Both the position numbers and the translations under genes were made by a program. A DNA stretch of 64,000 nucleotides from Candidatus Microgenomates bacterium (lineage in GTDB: Bacteria > Patescibacteriota > Microgenomatia > UBA8517), in assembly GCA_049523135.1 (NCBI GenBank), contig JBEKNE010000001.1:146095-210094 (forward strand), read 5' to 3'. Numbering within the stretch: position 1 is the first letter of the stretch; each line of letters starts with the position of its first letter. The notes beneath the pieces are model-generated. The model made no database searches, was not told where the DNA came from, and saw nothing but the letters and a program-made list of their open reading frames with translations. Positions 7,104-15,867 of this stretch are shown piece by piece.

Positions 7104-10003
7104 TGGATAAAACTTCAAATCTAAAACTTAATAAGGAACAAATTGATGCTATTAAATTTGGCAACGGGCCGCTTCTAATTATTGCCGGAGCCGGAACGGG
7201 GAAAACTACAGTTATAACTGAGCGCATTAAGTACTTAATTTTTTCCAAAAAAGCCAAGCCTTCTGAAATTCTTGCCTTGACATTTACAGATAAAGCCGCG
7301 CGTGAGATGGAAGAAAGAGTAGATATCGCCATGCCTTATGGCTACACGCAGATGTGGATTATGACTTTCCATTCTTTCTGCGACCGGATTTTACGGCGGG
7401 AAGCGCTTCATATCGGACTCGACCCAAAATATAAATTAATGACCGAGGCAGACGCAATTCAACTTCTTAGAAAAAATCTTTTCAAACTGGAGTTGAATTA
7501 TTTCCGTCCGCTTGGAAATCCCAATAAATTTTTAAGCGGAATGCTGCAGCACTTTTCAAGACTTCAAGATGAAGATGTCTCACCAAGCGATTATGTCGAG
7601 TGGGTTAAAAAACAAAAAGCGGTTGTTCCGGAAGAAAGAATCGAAATCGAAAAATGGCAAGAACTTTCAAAGGCTTATAAAGCTTATGACGAAATAAAAG
7701 TTAAAGAGAATGTTATGGATTTTGGTGACCTCATTATTAAAACTCTGAAGCTTTTCAGGGGCAGGCCCAATGTTTTAGCCGAATATCAAAAACAGTTTAA
7801 ATATCTCTTGGTAGACGAATTTCAGGATACAAACTATGCACAAAACGAATTAACTAAACTTCTTTCTGGTAAAGACGGCAACATAAATGTCGTAGGGGAT
7901 GATGACCAATCTGTTTACCGTTTCCGTGGTGCCGCTGTAAGTAATATTATTCAATTCAGAAAAAACTTTCCAAAGACGAAAGTTATAGTTCTTACTAAAA
8001 ATTACAGAAGCACCCAAGAAATTTTGGACAGAAGTCATGATTTGATCAAGCACAATAATCCGGACCGCTTGGAAGTTGTTGAAAAAATTGATAAGCGACT
8101 TAAGTCGCAAGTGGCGAAAGACGGAGAAGAAATCCACTTTATCCATTCAGACAGAGTTGAAAATGAAGCGGATTTGGTTGCACGGAAAATTTCAGAACTT
8201 CAAAAAGAAGAAAAATATAAATGGGGCGATTTTGCAATTTTAGTCAGAGCCAATGATCACTCGGAACCAATTATAAGAGCCTTGGGACGTCATGGAATTC
8301 CTTGTCAATTTTTAGGCCCCGGAAGACTTTTCAAACAGTCAGAAATAGTTGACCTTATTTCCTATCTTAAAGTTCTCTACAACTTTGAAGACTCGGTGGC
8401 TTTTTATAGAGTTCTTTCAAATGAATATTTTGATATAAATCCGCGGGATATTGCAGCGATGGGAAATTATGCGAGGAAATATAATCTTTCGCTTTTTGAA
8501 ACTGCAGAGAAAATAGACGATATTACAGTTGCCGATGATACAAAAGAAAAGATTAAGAAACTTTTGGAAATAATTAATAAGCATTTTGGTTTAATTAAAA
8601 AAGAAACAGCTGGACAAATACTTTATTACTACCTCGAAGATACGGGTCTTATGCAAAAACTTCTTTCTCCGGAAACGGTTGAAGCGGAAATGCGGGCAAA
8701 AAATATTTCTAAATTTTTCGATAAATTAAAAACTTATGAAGTCGATAATGAGGATGCAACGGTTCCTGCGGTCGTCGACTGGCTAGATCTTTCGATGGAA
8801 CTTGGTGAATCTCCATTGGCAACAAACGAAGATTGGACAGAGATTAACGCCGTCAATATTTTAACGGTTCATAGTGCCAAAGGATTGGAATTTCCGGTTG
8901 TATTTTTGATTAATTTGGTTGGACAGAGATTTCCAACAACCGAACGCCGTGAACAAATTCCGATTCCCGAAAGTTTAGTTAAAGAGGTTCTACCGGTTGG
9001 GGACTATCACTTGGAAGAAGAGCGCAGACTTTTTTATGTTGGAATGACTCGCGCAAAAGAAAAATTATTTTTAACCGCCGCTGATTATTATGGGGAGGGA
9101 AAGCGCGAGAAAAAACTTTCTCCGTTTGTTTTTGAGGCCTTGGGAGATAAAGTTCTATCGAACGAGAAAGCATCCATCAAAGTTGATCAGTTATCTTTTC
9201 TCGATTTCAAGCCGGCAAAAAAACAGGAATCAGGAATCAGGAATCAGGAATTACACATAGATTATCTTTCCTATTCCCAAATCGAAACTTTTCAAACCTG
9301 TCCTTTGCATTACAAACTTAAATATATTTATAAAGTTCCGACTCCACCCTCTGCGTCACAGAGTTTTGGAACCGCGATGCACGCAACCCTCAAAGAATTT
9401 TTTGAAAAGATTTCGACCGGGTTCAAGCCTTCCGATAAATTGCTTTATGATTTATTGGAAAAGAATTGGGTAAAAGAAGGCTATAAAAGCAAATTCCACG
9501 AAAGGAAATTCTTTGAAAAAGGAAAAATTTATCTTTCGGGATTTTTGAAGCAGGGATTTAATCCAAAGGTTTTGCCAATTGCTCTTGAGCAGCCGTTTAC
9601 CGTTCCTATTGGTCCGGACCTGAAAATCGGAGGAAGACTTGATAGGGTAGATAATTTAGTTGATGGTGAAATTGAGATTATTGATTATAAAACCGGGGCT
9701 ACAATTCCGAGTCAACGAGAAGTCGATAAAGATTTACAGCTTAGCTTCTACGCCTTGGCTGCCACTAAAATTCCGACAGAACCATTCGGAAGAACATCGG
9801 ATAAAATTAAATTATCTTTATATTATCTTGATGAACAGGAAAAAATTTCGACAACAAGAACTGCAAAACAATTGGAAGAAGCGGTGAAAGAAATTTTCAA
9901 AGTCAGGGACGAAATAGAAAAGAGCGACTTCAAATGTTCTGGCCACATGTTCTGCCAGACGGGCTGTGAGTTCTCACTTTTCTGCAAAGCCGAAGAACAA
10001 TGA
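7103..10003 (+). CDS. UvrD/Rep SF1 helicase fused to a C-terminal PD-(D/E)XK (AddB/Cas4-like) nuclease
   Basis: AGAGTGKT, VDEFQDTN, GDDDQSVYRFRGA, TVHSAKGLEF, EERRLFYVGMTRA; then LSYSQIETFQTCP, GRLDRVD, IIDYKTG, QLSFY and a terminal Cys cluster. Confidence 0.93.
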   Translation: MDKTSNLKLNKEQIDAIKFGNGPLLIIAGAGTGKTTVITERIKYLIFSKKAKPSEILALTFTDKAAREMEERVDIAMPYGYTQMWIMTFHSFCDRILRREALHIGLDPKYKLMTEADAIQLLRKNLFKLELNYFRPLGNPNKFLSGMLQHFSRLQDEDVSPSDYVEWVKKQKAVVPEERIEIEKWQELSKAYKAYDEIKVKENVMDFGDLIIKTLKLFRGRPNVLAEYQKQFKYLLVDEFQDTNYAQNELTKLLSGKDGNINVVGDDDQSVYRFRGAAVSNIIQFRKNFPKTKVIVLTKNYRSTQEILDRSHDLIKHNNPDRLEVVEKIDKRLKSQVAKDGEEIHFIHSDRVENEADLVARKISELQKEEKYKWGDFAILVRANDHSEPIIRALGRHGIPCQFLGPGRLFKQSEIVDLISYLKVLYNFEDSVAFYRVLSNEYFDINPRDIAAMGNYARKYNLSLFETAEKIDDITVADDTKEKIKKLLEIINKHFGLIKKETAGQILYYYLEDTGLMQKLLSPETVEAEMRAKNISKFFDKLKTYEVDNEDATVPAVVDWLDLSMELGESPLATNEDWTEINAVNILTVHSAKGLEFPVVFLINLVGQRFPTTERREQIPIPESLVKEVLPVGDYHLEEERRLFYVGMTRAKEKLFLTAADYYGEGKREKKLSPFVFEALGDKVLSNEKASIKVDQLSFLDFKPAKKQESGIRNQELHIDYLSYSQIETFQTCPLHYKLKYIYKVPTPPSASQSFGTAMHATLKEFFEKISTGFKPSDKLLYDLLEKNWVKEGYKSKFHERKFFEKGKIYLSGFLKQGFNPKVLPIALEQPFTVPIGPDLKIGGRLDRVDNLVDGEIEIIDYKTGATIPSQREVDKDLQLSFYALAATKIPTEPFGRTSDKIKLSLYYLDEQEKISTTRTAKQLEEAVKEIFKVRDEIEKSDFKCSGHMFCQTGCEFSLFCKAEEQ
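9224..9251 (+). repeat. Perfect heptamer tandem repeat (CAGGAAT)x4 in the helicase-nuclease linker
   Basis: caggaat caggaat caggaat caggaat, encoding QESGIRNQE. Confidence 0.95.
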
Positions 10004-10819
10004 TTTGGTGTAGCATCCCGGATATTCAACTTCATAGCCTCCAAAAGAGCGCTTGAAATGGGAAAAACCAAGCCAGCTTTTAGTGGGGAAGCGGGGATCA
10101 AAGATTCCTTCAAAATCAAAAACCTTACAACCACTCTTTTTAGCCCATAGTATTCCCTGATAGAGGAGAGAGTACTGGGATAGGGAAGTGCGGCCTTCTG
10201 AATTTGTAAATCCGTACCAGTAGTATCCGAAGTCGTGTAAAGATCGCGTGAAAAGCGCTCCCCCTATAATTCTGCCAGATATATTGTGCGACGCAAGGAA
10301 AAGGGAATAATCAGATGGAAAACTTTTGCGTAAATTCAAAAGTTGTTCAACCTTTGGCACGTACCGGTCAAATTTAACGGAATTTTTCCACGCAATGCGC
10401 CACACTTTTATTTCAACAGGGGTTGAATAGGATTTTATGTTTAGTACTCCTCCCCTCTTAATTGAATATCGGGCATCTTTCTTTATATGGTTAAAGATAT
10501 TCTTTTGACTTTGGGTAAGATCTATTTGAAGAGTTTTTGAGGGCAAATATGGATATTTTGACAATTTGAAGCCGACGGAAGTTAGGTATTTGGCGTCAAG
10601 ATCTGTTTTTGGTTCAATAATTATTTGAAAAACACGGTATTTTCGGCATAATTTCTTGACCGTGTCATATCTGATTTCTTCCGGTCTTTGGAGTTTTAGA
10701 ATTGATCCTACTATTGGAATTTTCTTAATGAAGTAATTGATTTCTGCAATACGCTCGATTGTCCAGCCCTCGCTTTTCAGATAGTTTGCATAATTCTGAG
10801 ACTGACGAATATCAACCAT
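9974..10819 (-). CDS. FemAB/FemX-like (GNAT fold) peptidoglycan peptidyltransferase
   Basis: DIRQS, TLQIDLT...IKKDARYSIKR, FDFEGI, GFSHFKRSFGG; 30-nt convergent overlap with the helicase. Confidence 0.8.
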   Translation of the reverse strand: MVDIRQSQNYANYLKSEGWTIERIAEINYFIKKIPIVGSILKLQRPEEIRYDTVKKLCRKYRVFQIIIEPKTDLDAKYLTSVGFKLSKYPYLPSKTLQIDLTQSQKNIFNHIKKDARYSIKRGGVLNIKSYSTPVEIKVWRIAWKNSVKFDRYVPKVEQLLNLRKSFPSDYSLFLASHNISGRIIGGALFTRSLHDFGYYWYGFTNSEGRTSLSQYSLLYQGILWAKKSGCKVFDFEGIFDPRFPTKSWLGFSHFKRSFGGYEVEYPGCYTKSLFFGFAEK

Positions 10820-10820
10820 T

Positions 10821-11765
10821 TTAAAATCTAGTCTTTGAAAATCCTAATTTTGCGGCAAATTTAAGAACTCTCCAACGAATTTCTTCGGCCAGTCTGTAAA
10901 TATTGTAAACGGACTTATTAATTGTCAAGTCCCATGTTCCTAAAAATTCAATAACACGCGGATTGTAGCCTTCTTTGAATTTTGTAAATCCTTTACCTTC
11001 TTCCCTTCCCCAGAGGTCGAATGTAGTTAGCCCCAGTTTTTTACCGAATTTTATAGCCTCCCACATCATCAGATTATTAGCCATGACTTCTTTGTGCTCT
11101 TCGGTCGAAGCTCCGTACGGATAGTAAAGAAAATCCTTCCAGGCAAAAAGTATCCAAGTTGTGATTATCTCACCTTGATAAGTCGCAGTTAAAAGATGGG
11201 CGACTCTTGCATTTTTTAGAGTCTCCCACATTAATCTATGGTATTTTTCCGTATGGGCAAAAAATCCCTGCCGGTTGATTGTTTCGCGTGTCAGGTCCAA
11301 ATATTTATTAAAAGCTTTGTCGGAATTATCTTCCTTAACTGTAACTCCTTTTCTTTTAGCTAAACGTATATTGTAGCGGGTTTTACTGCTGAAACTTTTG
11401 ATTAAGTTTTCTTCACTCGGAGTCAGATCAATCCAGAAAGTTGTTGGGGTAAAAAGCCTCCGGCCGGGAGCTGCTCCGCCTTTTTGCATAAGTTCGGTTA
11501 ATTTGGCGGATTTTTCGCAGTTTGGCTCGAGTTTTATAAATACCAAATTATTTTCTTTTCCGATTTTTTTAAGGTCGGAAAGCATTTCTTCTGTGGGGGT
11601 TGGTCCTTTTTCAAACATTGCAATTTTATAGTTAATCAAGGGAAGCTTATGTACTGTCAAAATTCCGTATTTGGTTTCGAGAATTTCATTTCCCCACTTT
11701 TTTCTAAATTCTTCCCAAGCGGAAGTTTGAAGGGGGTGTGTGGCAATTTTGTCTAAATTAGTCAT
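10821..11765 (-). CDS. FemX/FemAB-family lipid II aminoacyltransferase
   Basis: HPLQTSAW, FIKLEP, TFWIDLT, KTRYNIRLA, YYPYGAS, FDLWG, GFTKFKEGY. Confidence 0.88.
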   Translation of the reverse strand: MTNLDKIATHPLQTSAWEEFRKKWGNEILETKYGILTVHKLPLINYKIAMFEKGPTPTEEMLSDLKKIGKENNLVFIKLEPNCEKSAKLTELMQKGGAAPGRRLFTPTTFWIDLTPSEENLIKSFSSKTRYNIRLAKRKGVTVKEDNSDKAFNKYLDLTRETINRQGFFAHTEKYHRLMWETLKNARVAHLLTATYQGEIITTWILFAWKDFLYYPYGASTEEHKEVMANNLMMWEAIKFGKKLGLTTFDLWGREEGKGFTKFKEGYNPRVIEFLGTWDLTINKSVYNIYRLAEEIRWRVLKFAAKLGFSKTRF

Positions 11766-14736
11766 TGTTTAAATATTTTTCAATTATGTCATCAAAAGTT
11801 CCTTTAACATCGTCTGCTGAGTCCAATTTTAAATCATCTGTTGTTGAAAAACTATTTTCTCCGATATTTTCAAGTAAATTTTCGGGGATATCCATAATAA
11901 ACCTACTTGGAGGATTGCTTATTCTTTCCCCAAAATAAAGACGGGACGAAGCGTAGGTTAGATAAAGAATTTCTTTGGCTCGAGTGATGCCGACATAGGC
12001 AAGACGGCGCTCTTCTTCTAACTGGTTTGTATCCATTAAACTCCGTGAGTGGGGAAAAAGACCTTCTTCCATCCCGACTATAAAAACAACCGGAAATTCA
12101 AGACCTTTGGCGGCGTGAAGTGTCATAAGTGTAACGGCATTTTTAGACTCATTTCTGGGACCGGCTTCAACAAGTGCCACATTTTCCAAAAAGTCGTTTA
12201 TGTTGGGAAATTCCGTGGCAACAGATCTAAGTTCTTTTAAGTTTTCAAGACGTGCGATATTTTCTTCGGATTCTTTTTGAAAGAGGCTCAAATAATCAGT
12301 TTTTTGAATTACTGCATCCAAAATGTCAAGCGTGGTCAGCCCATCAAGATTCTCCAGACTTTTTCTGAATTCGTCCAGTTTCTCAAATCTTCTAAGACCT
12401 ATTTTTTCAATTCGCCTTTTGGAGACGGAATCCTTAGGATTTACAAGATATTTAATATAGCCAACAACGTCCTTGATTTCTTTTCTGTCATAAAATCTGA
12501 CACCTCCGACAAGGGTATAGGGAATACCTGCATGCAGGAAAGCTTCCTCCAAAACCCGGGATTGAGCATTGGTACGGTATAAGACAGCAATATCCCGGTA
12601 GCCTAATTTTCCATTTGAATATTTGATAACAGACTTAGTTTCATTGACAACGAAATCTGCTTCATCAAAGCCGTTTCGTGCCGGATAGAGTTTTATTTTT
12701 GCTCCGGCGCTTTTTTTGGTCCAAAGTTTTAAAATAGGATGGCTTGTATTTTTGGAAATAACCAAGTTTGCCGCATCAAGAATGTTTTGGGTTGAACGGT
12801 AGTTTTGTTCGAGATTAATTATTTTAATATCGGGGTAATCCCGCATTAGATAGTTTATATTCCGGAAATCCGCCCCGCGCCAACTGTAGATTGAGTTGTG
12901 TACAACAATACCGCTTGCAATATAATTATGAACTTTGTCAATATCAAGGTCGTAAACCATTCCGTCAAAATTTTCTAATTCTGTATTGGCAATTTCCTCC
13001 TCAATTATTTCGCCATTCCTATAAAGACCGACTGTCATACCTTTTTGGATGTGGCTTGCCGGCTGGAAATAAAGTTTCTCTTTACCTTTTAACAAAAAAG
13101 CTTCATATGAAATATCAATTCCGCTGGCTTCTTTGCTAAGTTTAATTGCAATATCTTCTGCCTCTTCATAGGACATCCGCGCAATTTCAGTTCTCCAGGT
13201 ATTTTTCCTGCCTTCCCGTGTGTAAAATCCGGAGTTTTTTACCCTTTTTTCCATCTCACGATCAGTTGTATTTAGAGCAATCCGATGCATTCCCCAAGGA
13301 TTCGTTTTATATCGCCTTGGGTCTTCGAAAAACTTTAAATGAATTACCTGCCTGTCGGCATTTTTGTACCCGGATGTTCCTTTCGGCCGGTGATGTGGAA
13401 ATCTTGGGTCAATATCCAGTTCATCCATAAGTATTTTTACTCGTTCTAAAGTATCTATTTCCAAATATAACTTATTAATTTGTTTTTGAGATATTTCCAT
13501 TGATCTGCCGCCGGTTTCAAAAACAACTGTCGGAATGCCATATTTAAATGCAAAATAAAATTCCCAATAATTAGCCTCTGCTTTTGTACTGCATGTTTTA
13601 AGAATCCACATTTTGTCGGCAGATTCCCGATTCCCCCTCGTGACGATTCCGACAAGTGGTTTATATCCACTCATGGGGTTGCCAGTTCTCAACCCTTTTG
13701 CTTGTCCGATTCTGAAACCTTTGTCCCGACGGTACATTAAATAAATGTGGTGCAGATTTTCTTTTGGCTTAAGTTTTGCAAACAAAATATGGTTTGGGGT
13801 TAGCCTTAATATTTTTCCCGAAACAGTTTTTAAAACAATTAGTTTTCCTTGATATTTTCTTCTGTAAATTTTTTTAACCAGGAAGTTCTCCGACAGCCCC
13901 CTTCCCGTAGCTGACATTACCAAATCTCCTTTTTTGATATCTTTTATTTTTTTATTTCCGTTTGATGTGGAGATTGGAGTTTCAGGAGTTAAACATTGAC
14001 TGGCGTCGCCAACTACGGTTATGTTTTTATTTTTTCCAACCAGAAGCTTTGTCAGAACGTACTGAATTTTATTTGTATCTTGCCATTCATCCACAAAAAT
14101 GTGAGTTAAAGTTTTTTGCCATTTTGCGAGGACTTCAGGGGTCTCCTTAAAAAGAACAACAGTTTTAATTAAGAGGTCATCAAAGTCTAATGCCCCGATT
14201 TCTTTTAACATTTTTTCATATTCAGAATAAACACCCGCAATAACTTCCTGCCATTCTCCCTGAATAAGATTTTTATATTCGGCTGGCGTAATCATTTGAT
14301 TTTTTGCTTCACTGATGCCATTTAAGATTGAACTTGGATTAAATTGGTCTGTCGAAATATCCAGTTTTTCCAGAATTTGTTTGACCGCATCTTTCTGGTC
14401 CTGTTCATCGTAAATAATGAAATTTTGGGGAATTCCGATATACTTTCCATCAATCCTAAGAACCTTGGCGCAAAAAGAATGAAAAGTTCCGGTCATCGGA
14501 GCGTTCCCGTTTGTTAAATCAAAAATTCTTTGCTTCATTTCATTTGCGGCTTTGTTGGTGAAAGTTAAAAGAAGAGCGTTCTCAGGTTTTATTAAGTTTT
14601 GAGCAATAAAGTAGGCTACACGGTGGGTCAAAACTTTGGTCTTTCCGCTACCGGCTCCTGCTAAGACCAAAAGCGGACCCCCCGTATATGTTACGGCGGC
14701 CTTTTGTTCGGGGTTAAGATCGGATAAAATAGACAT
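11758..14736 (-). CDS. pcrA: PcrA/UvrD DNA helicase, intein-containing
   Basis: AGAGSGKT, VDEWQDTN, GDASQ|SIYSWRGAD split by the intein, LEQNYRST, TLHAAKGLEF, EERRLAYVGITRA. Confidence 0.95.
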   Translation of the reverse strand: MSILSDLNPEQKAAVTYTGGPLLVLAGAGSGKTKVLTHRVAYFIAQNLIKPENALLLTFTNKAANEMKQRIFDLTNGNAPMTGTFHSFCAKVLRIDGKYIGIPQNFIIYDEQDQKDAVKQILEKLDISTDQFNPSSILNGISEAKNQMITPAEYKNLIQGEWQEVIAGVYSEYEKMLKEIGALDFDDLLIKTVVLFKETPEVLAKWQKTLTHIFVDEWQDTNKIQYVLTKLLVGKNKNITVVGDASQCLTPETPISTSNGNKKIKDIKKGDLVMSATGRGLSENFLVKKIYRRKYQGKLIVLKTVSGKILRLTPNHILFAKLKPKENLHHIYLMYRRDKGFRIGQAKGLRTGNPMSGYKPLVGIVTRGNRESADKMWILKTCSTKAEANYWEFYFAFKYGIPTVVFETGGRSMEISQKQINKLYLEIDTLERVKILMDELDIDPRFPHHRPKGTSGYKNADRQVIHLKFFEDPRRYKTNPWGMHRIALNTTDREMEKRVKNSGFYTREGRKNTWRTEIARMSYEEAEDIAIKLSKEASGIDISYEAFLLKGKEKLYFQPASHIQKGMTVGLYRNGEIIEEEIANTELENFDGMVYDLDIDKVHNYIASGIVVHNSIYSWRGADFRNINYLMRDYPDIKIINLEQNYRSTQNILDAANLVISKNTSHPILKLWTKKSAGAKIKLYPARNGFDEADFVVNETKSVIKYSNGKLGYRDIAVLYRTNAQSRVLEEAFLHAGIPYTLVGGVRFYDRKEIKDVVGYIKYLVNPKDSVSKRRIEKIGLRRFEKLDEFRKSLENLDGLTTLDILDAVIQKTDYLSLFQKESEENIARLENLKELRSVATEFPNINDFLENVALVEAGPRNESKNAVTLMTLHAAKGLEFPVVFIVGMEEGLFPHSRSLMDTNQLEEERRLAYVGITRAKEILYLTYASSRLYFGERISNPPSRFIMDIPENLLENIGENSFSTTDDLKLDSADDVKGTFDDIIEKYLNND
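12895..13995 (-). mobile_element. Intein (367 aa, residues 248-614) in helicase motif III
   Basis: Starts CLTPETPIS; block B LTPNH; ends VYDLDIDKVHNYIASGIVVHN followed by Ser+1. Removal restores GDASQSIYSWRGA. Confidence 0.95.
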
Positions 14737-14739
14737 ATA

Positions 14740-15867
14740 GTGAAAAATTCCAAATCACAAGTTCCAAGTTCCAAATCGGGGTCAGAAGATTCAGAGCCTG
14801 TAAAACAGGAACAGGATAATTCTAACATCCTGAAGGAGAAGCCCCAACACCAAAAACTTTTAATTAGATTCGGGATAGCTTTGATAATTATTTTAATCTT
14901 GCTGTCGCCTATTTTGGTTATAGATCAAATATTTAGAAAAGCCGGGATCGGCGATTACCCTGAAATGATTAAGGGTTTTATTTCCTCAAATCTTAACGCG
15001 GTTAAATCTCAGAACGGAAGAGTTAACATTTTGATACTTGGAATTGGTGGAAAAGGACACGACGGACCGGATCTGACTGACACCATGATTCTTGCTTCAG
15101 TTTCTTTGACCAATCACTCGGTAACGCTGATTTCTATTCCACGCGATATTTGGATTCCTGAAATTAGAGCCAAAATAAACAGTGCCTACTACTGGGGCGA
15201 AACTCAGCCGGAACGCGGCGGAGGACTAACTTTTAGTAAACAGGTAGTTTCGGAAGTTACGGGTCAGCCTGTTAATTATGCTTTGGTAATAGATTTCTCG
15301 GGATTCCAAGACATTGTCAATACAATCGGAGGAATTGATGTAATGGTTGACAGAAGCTTCACGGATACGAAATATCCGATTGCGGGAAAGGAAAATGACA
15401 CTTGCGGAGGTGACCCTACACTTGCTTGCAGGTATGAGACAATTCATTTTGATCAAGGGCTTACTCATATGGATGGGGCTACAGCTCTTGAATTTGTCAG
15501 ATCCCGCGAAGGAGATAACGGGGAAAATACAGATTTTGCAAGATCCGCTAGACAGCAAAAAGTTATTTCGGTGGTCGGCAAGAAAGTTTTATCCGTAAGG
15601 GTAATTCTAAATCCCATCAAGGATTATAAAATATTAAAAGCAGTTGAGACTTCTGTCGAAACAGATTTGGATCCGACCGCAGCCGGCACTCTTGCTAAAG
15701 TTATCATCGCATCAAGAAACAACTTAAACTCTTATGTTTTATCTACGGATTTGATAGTCAGTCCACCAATTTCTCCCGCTTATGACAATCAGTATGTTTT
15801 AATTCCCAAAGCGGGTAACGGAAAATGGAAAGATATTCAGGCTTGGGTCGGATCAGTGCTTAATTAG
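14740..15867 (+). CDS. LCP (LytR-CpsA-Psr) family cell-wall glycopolymer transferase
   Basis: TM; NILILGIGG, LTDTMIL, SIPRD, KINSAY, FVRSR, DFARSARQQ. Confidence 0.92.
   Translation: MKNSKSQVPSSKSGSEDSEPVKQEQDNSNILKEKPQHQKLLIRFGIALIIILILLSPILVIDQIFRKAGIGDYPEMIKGFISSNLNAVKSQNGRVNILILGIGGKGHDGPDLTDTMILASVSLTNHSVTLISIPRDIWIPEIRAKINSAYYWGETQPERGGGLTFSKQVVSEVTGQPVNYALVIDFSGFQDIVNTIGGIDVMVDRSFTDTKYPIAGKENDTCGGDPTLACRYETIHFDQGLTHMDGATALEFVRSREGDNGENTDFARSARQQKVISVVGKKVLSVRVILNPIKDYKILKAVETSVETDLDPTAAGTLAKVIIASRNNLNSYVLSTDLIVSPPISPAYDNQYVLIPKAGNGKWKDIQAWVGSVLN
14745..14779 (+). repeat. Degenerate heptamer tandem repeat (about 5 units) at the 5' end of the LCP gene
   Basis: aaattcc aaatcac aagttcc aagttcc aaatcgg. 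Confidence 0.75.

Noticed and set aside
9240-10003. Cas4 or CRISPR association
   Set aside because: The nuclease is fused to UvrD; no array or cas genes are seen.
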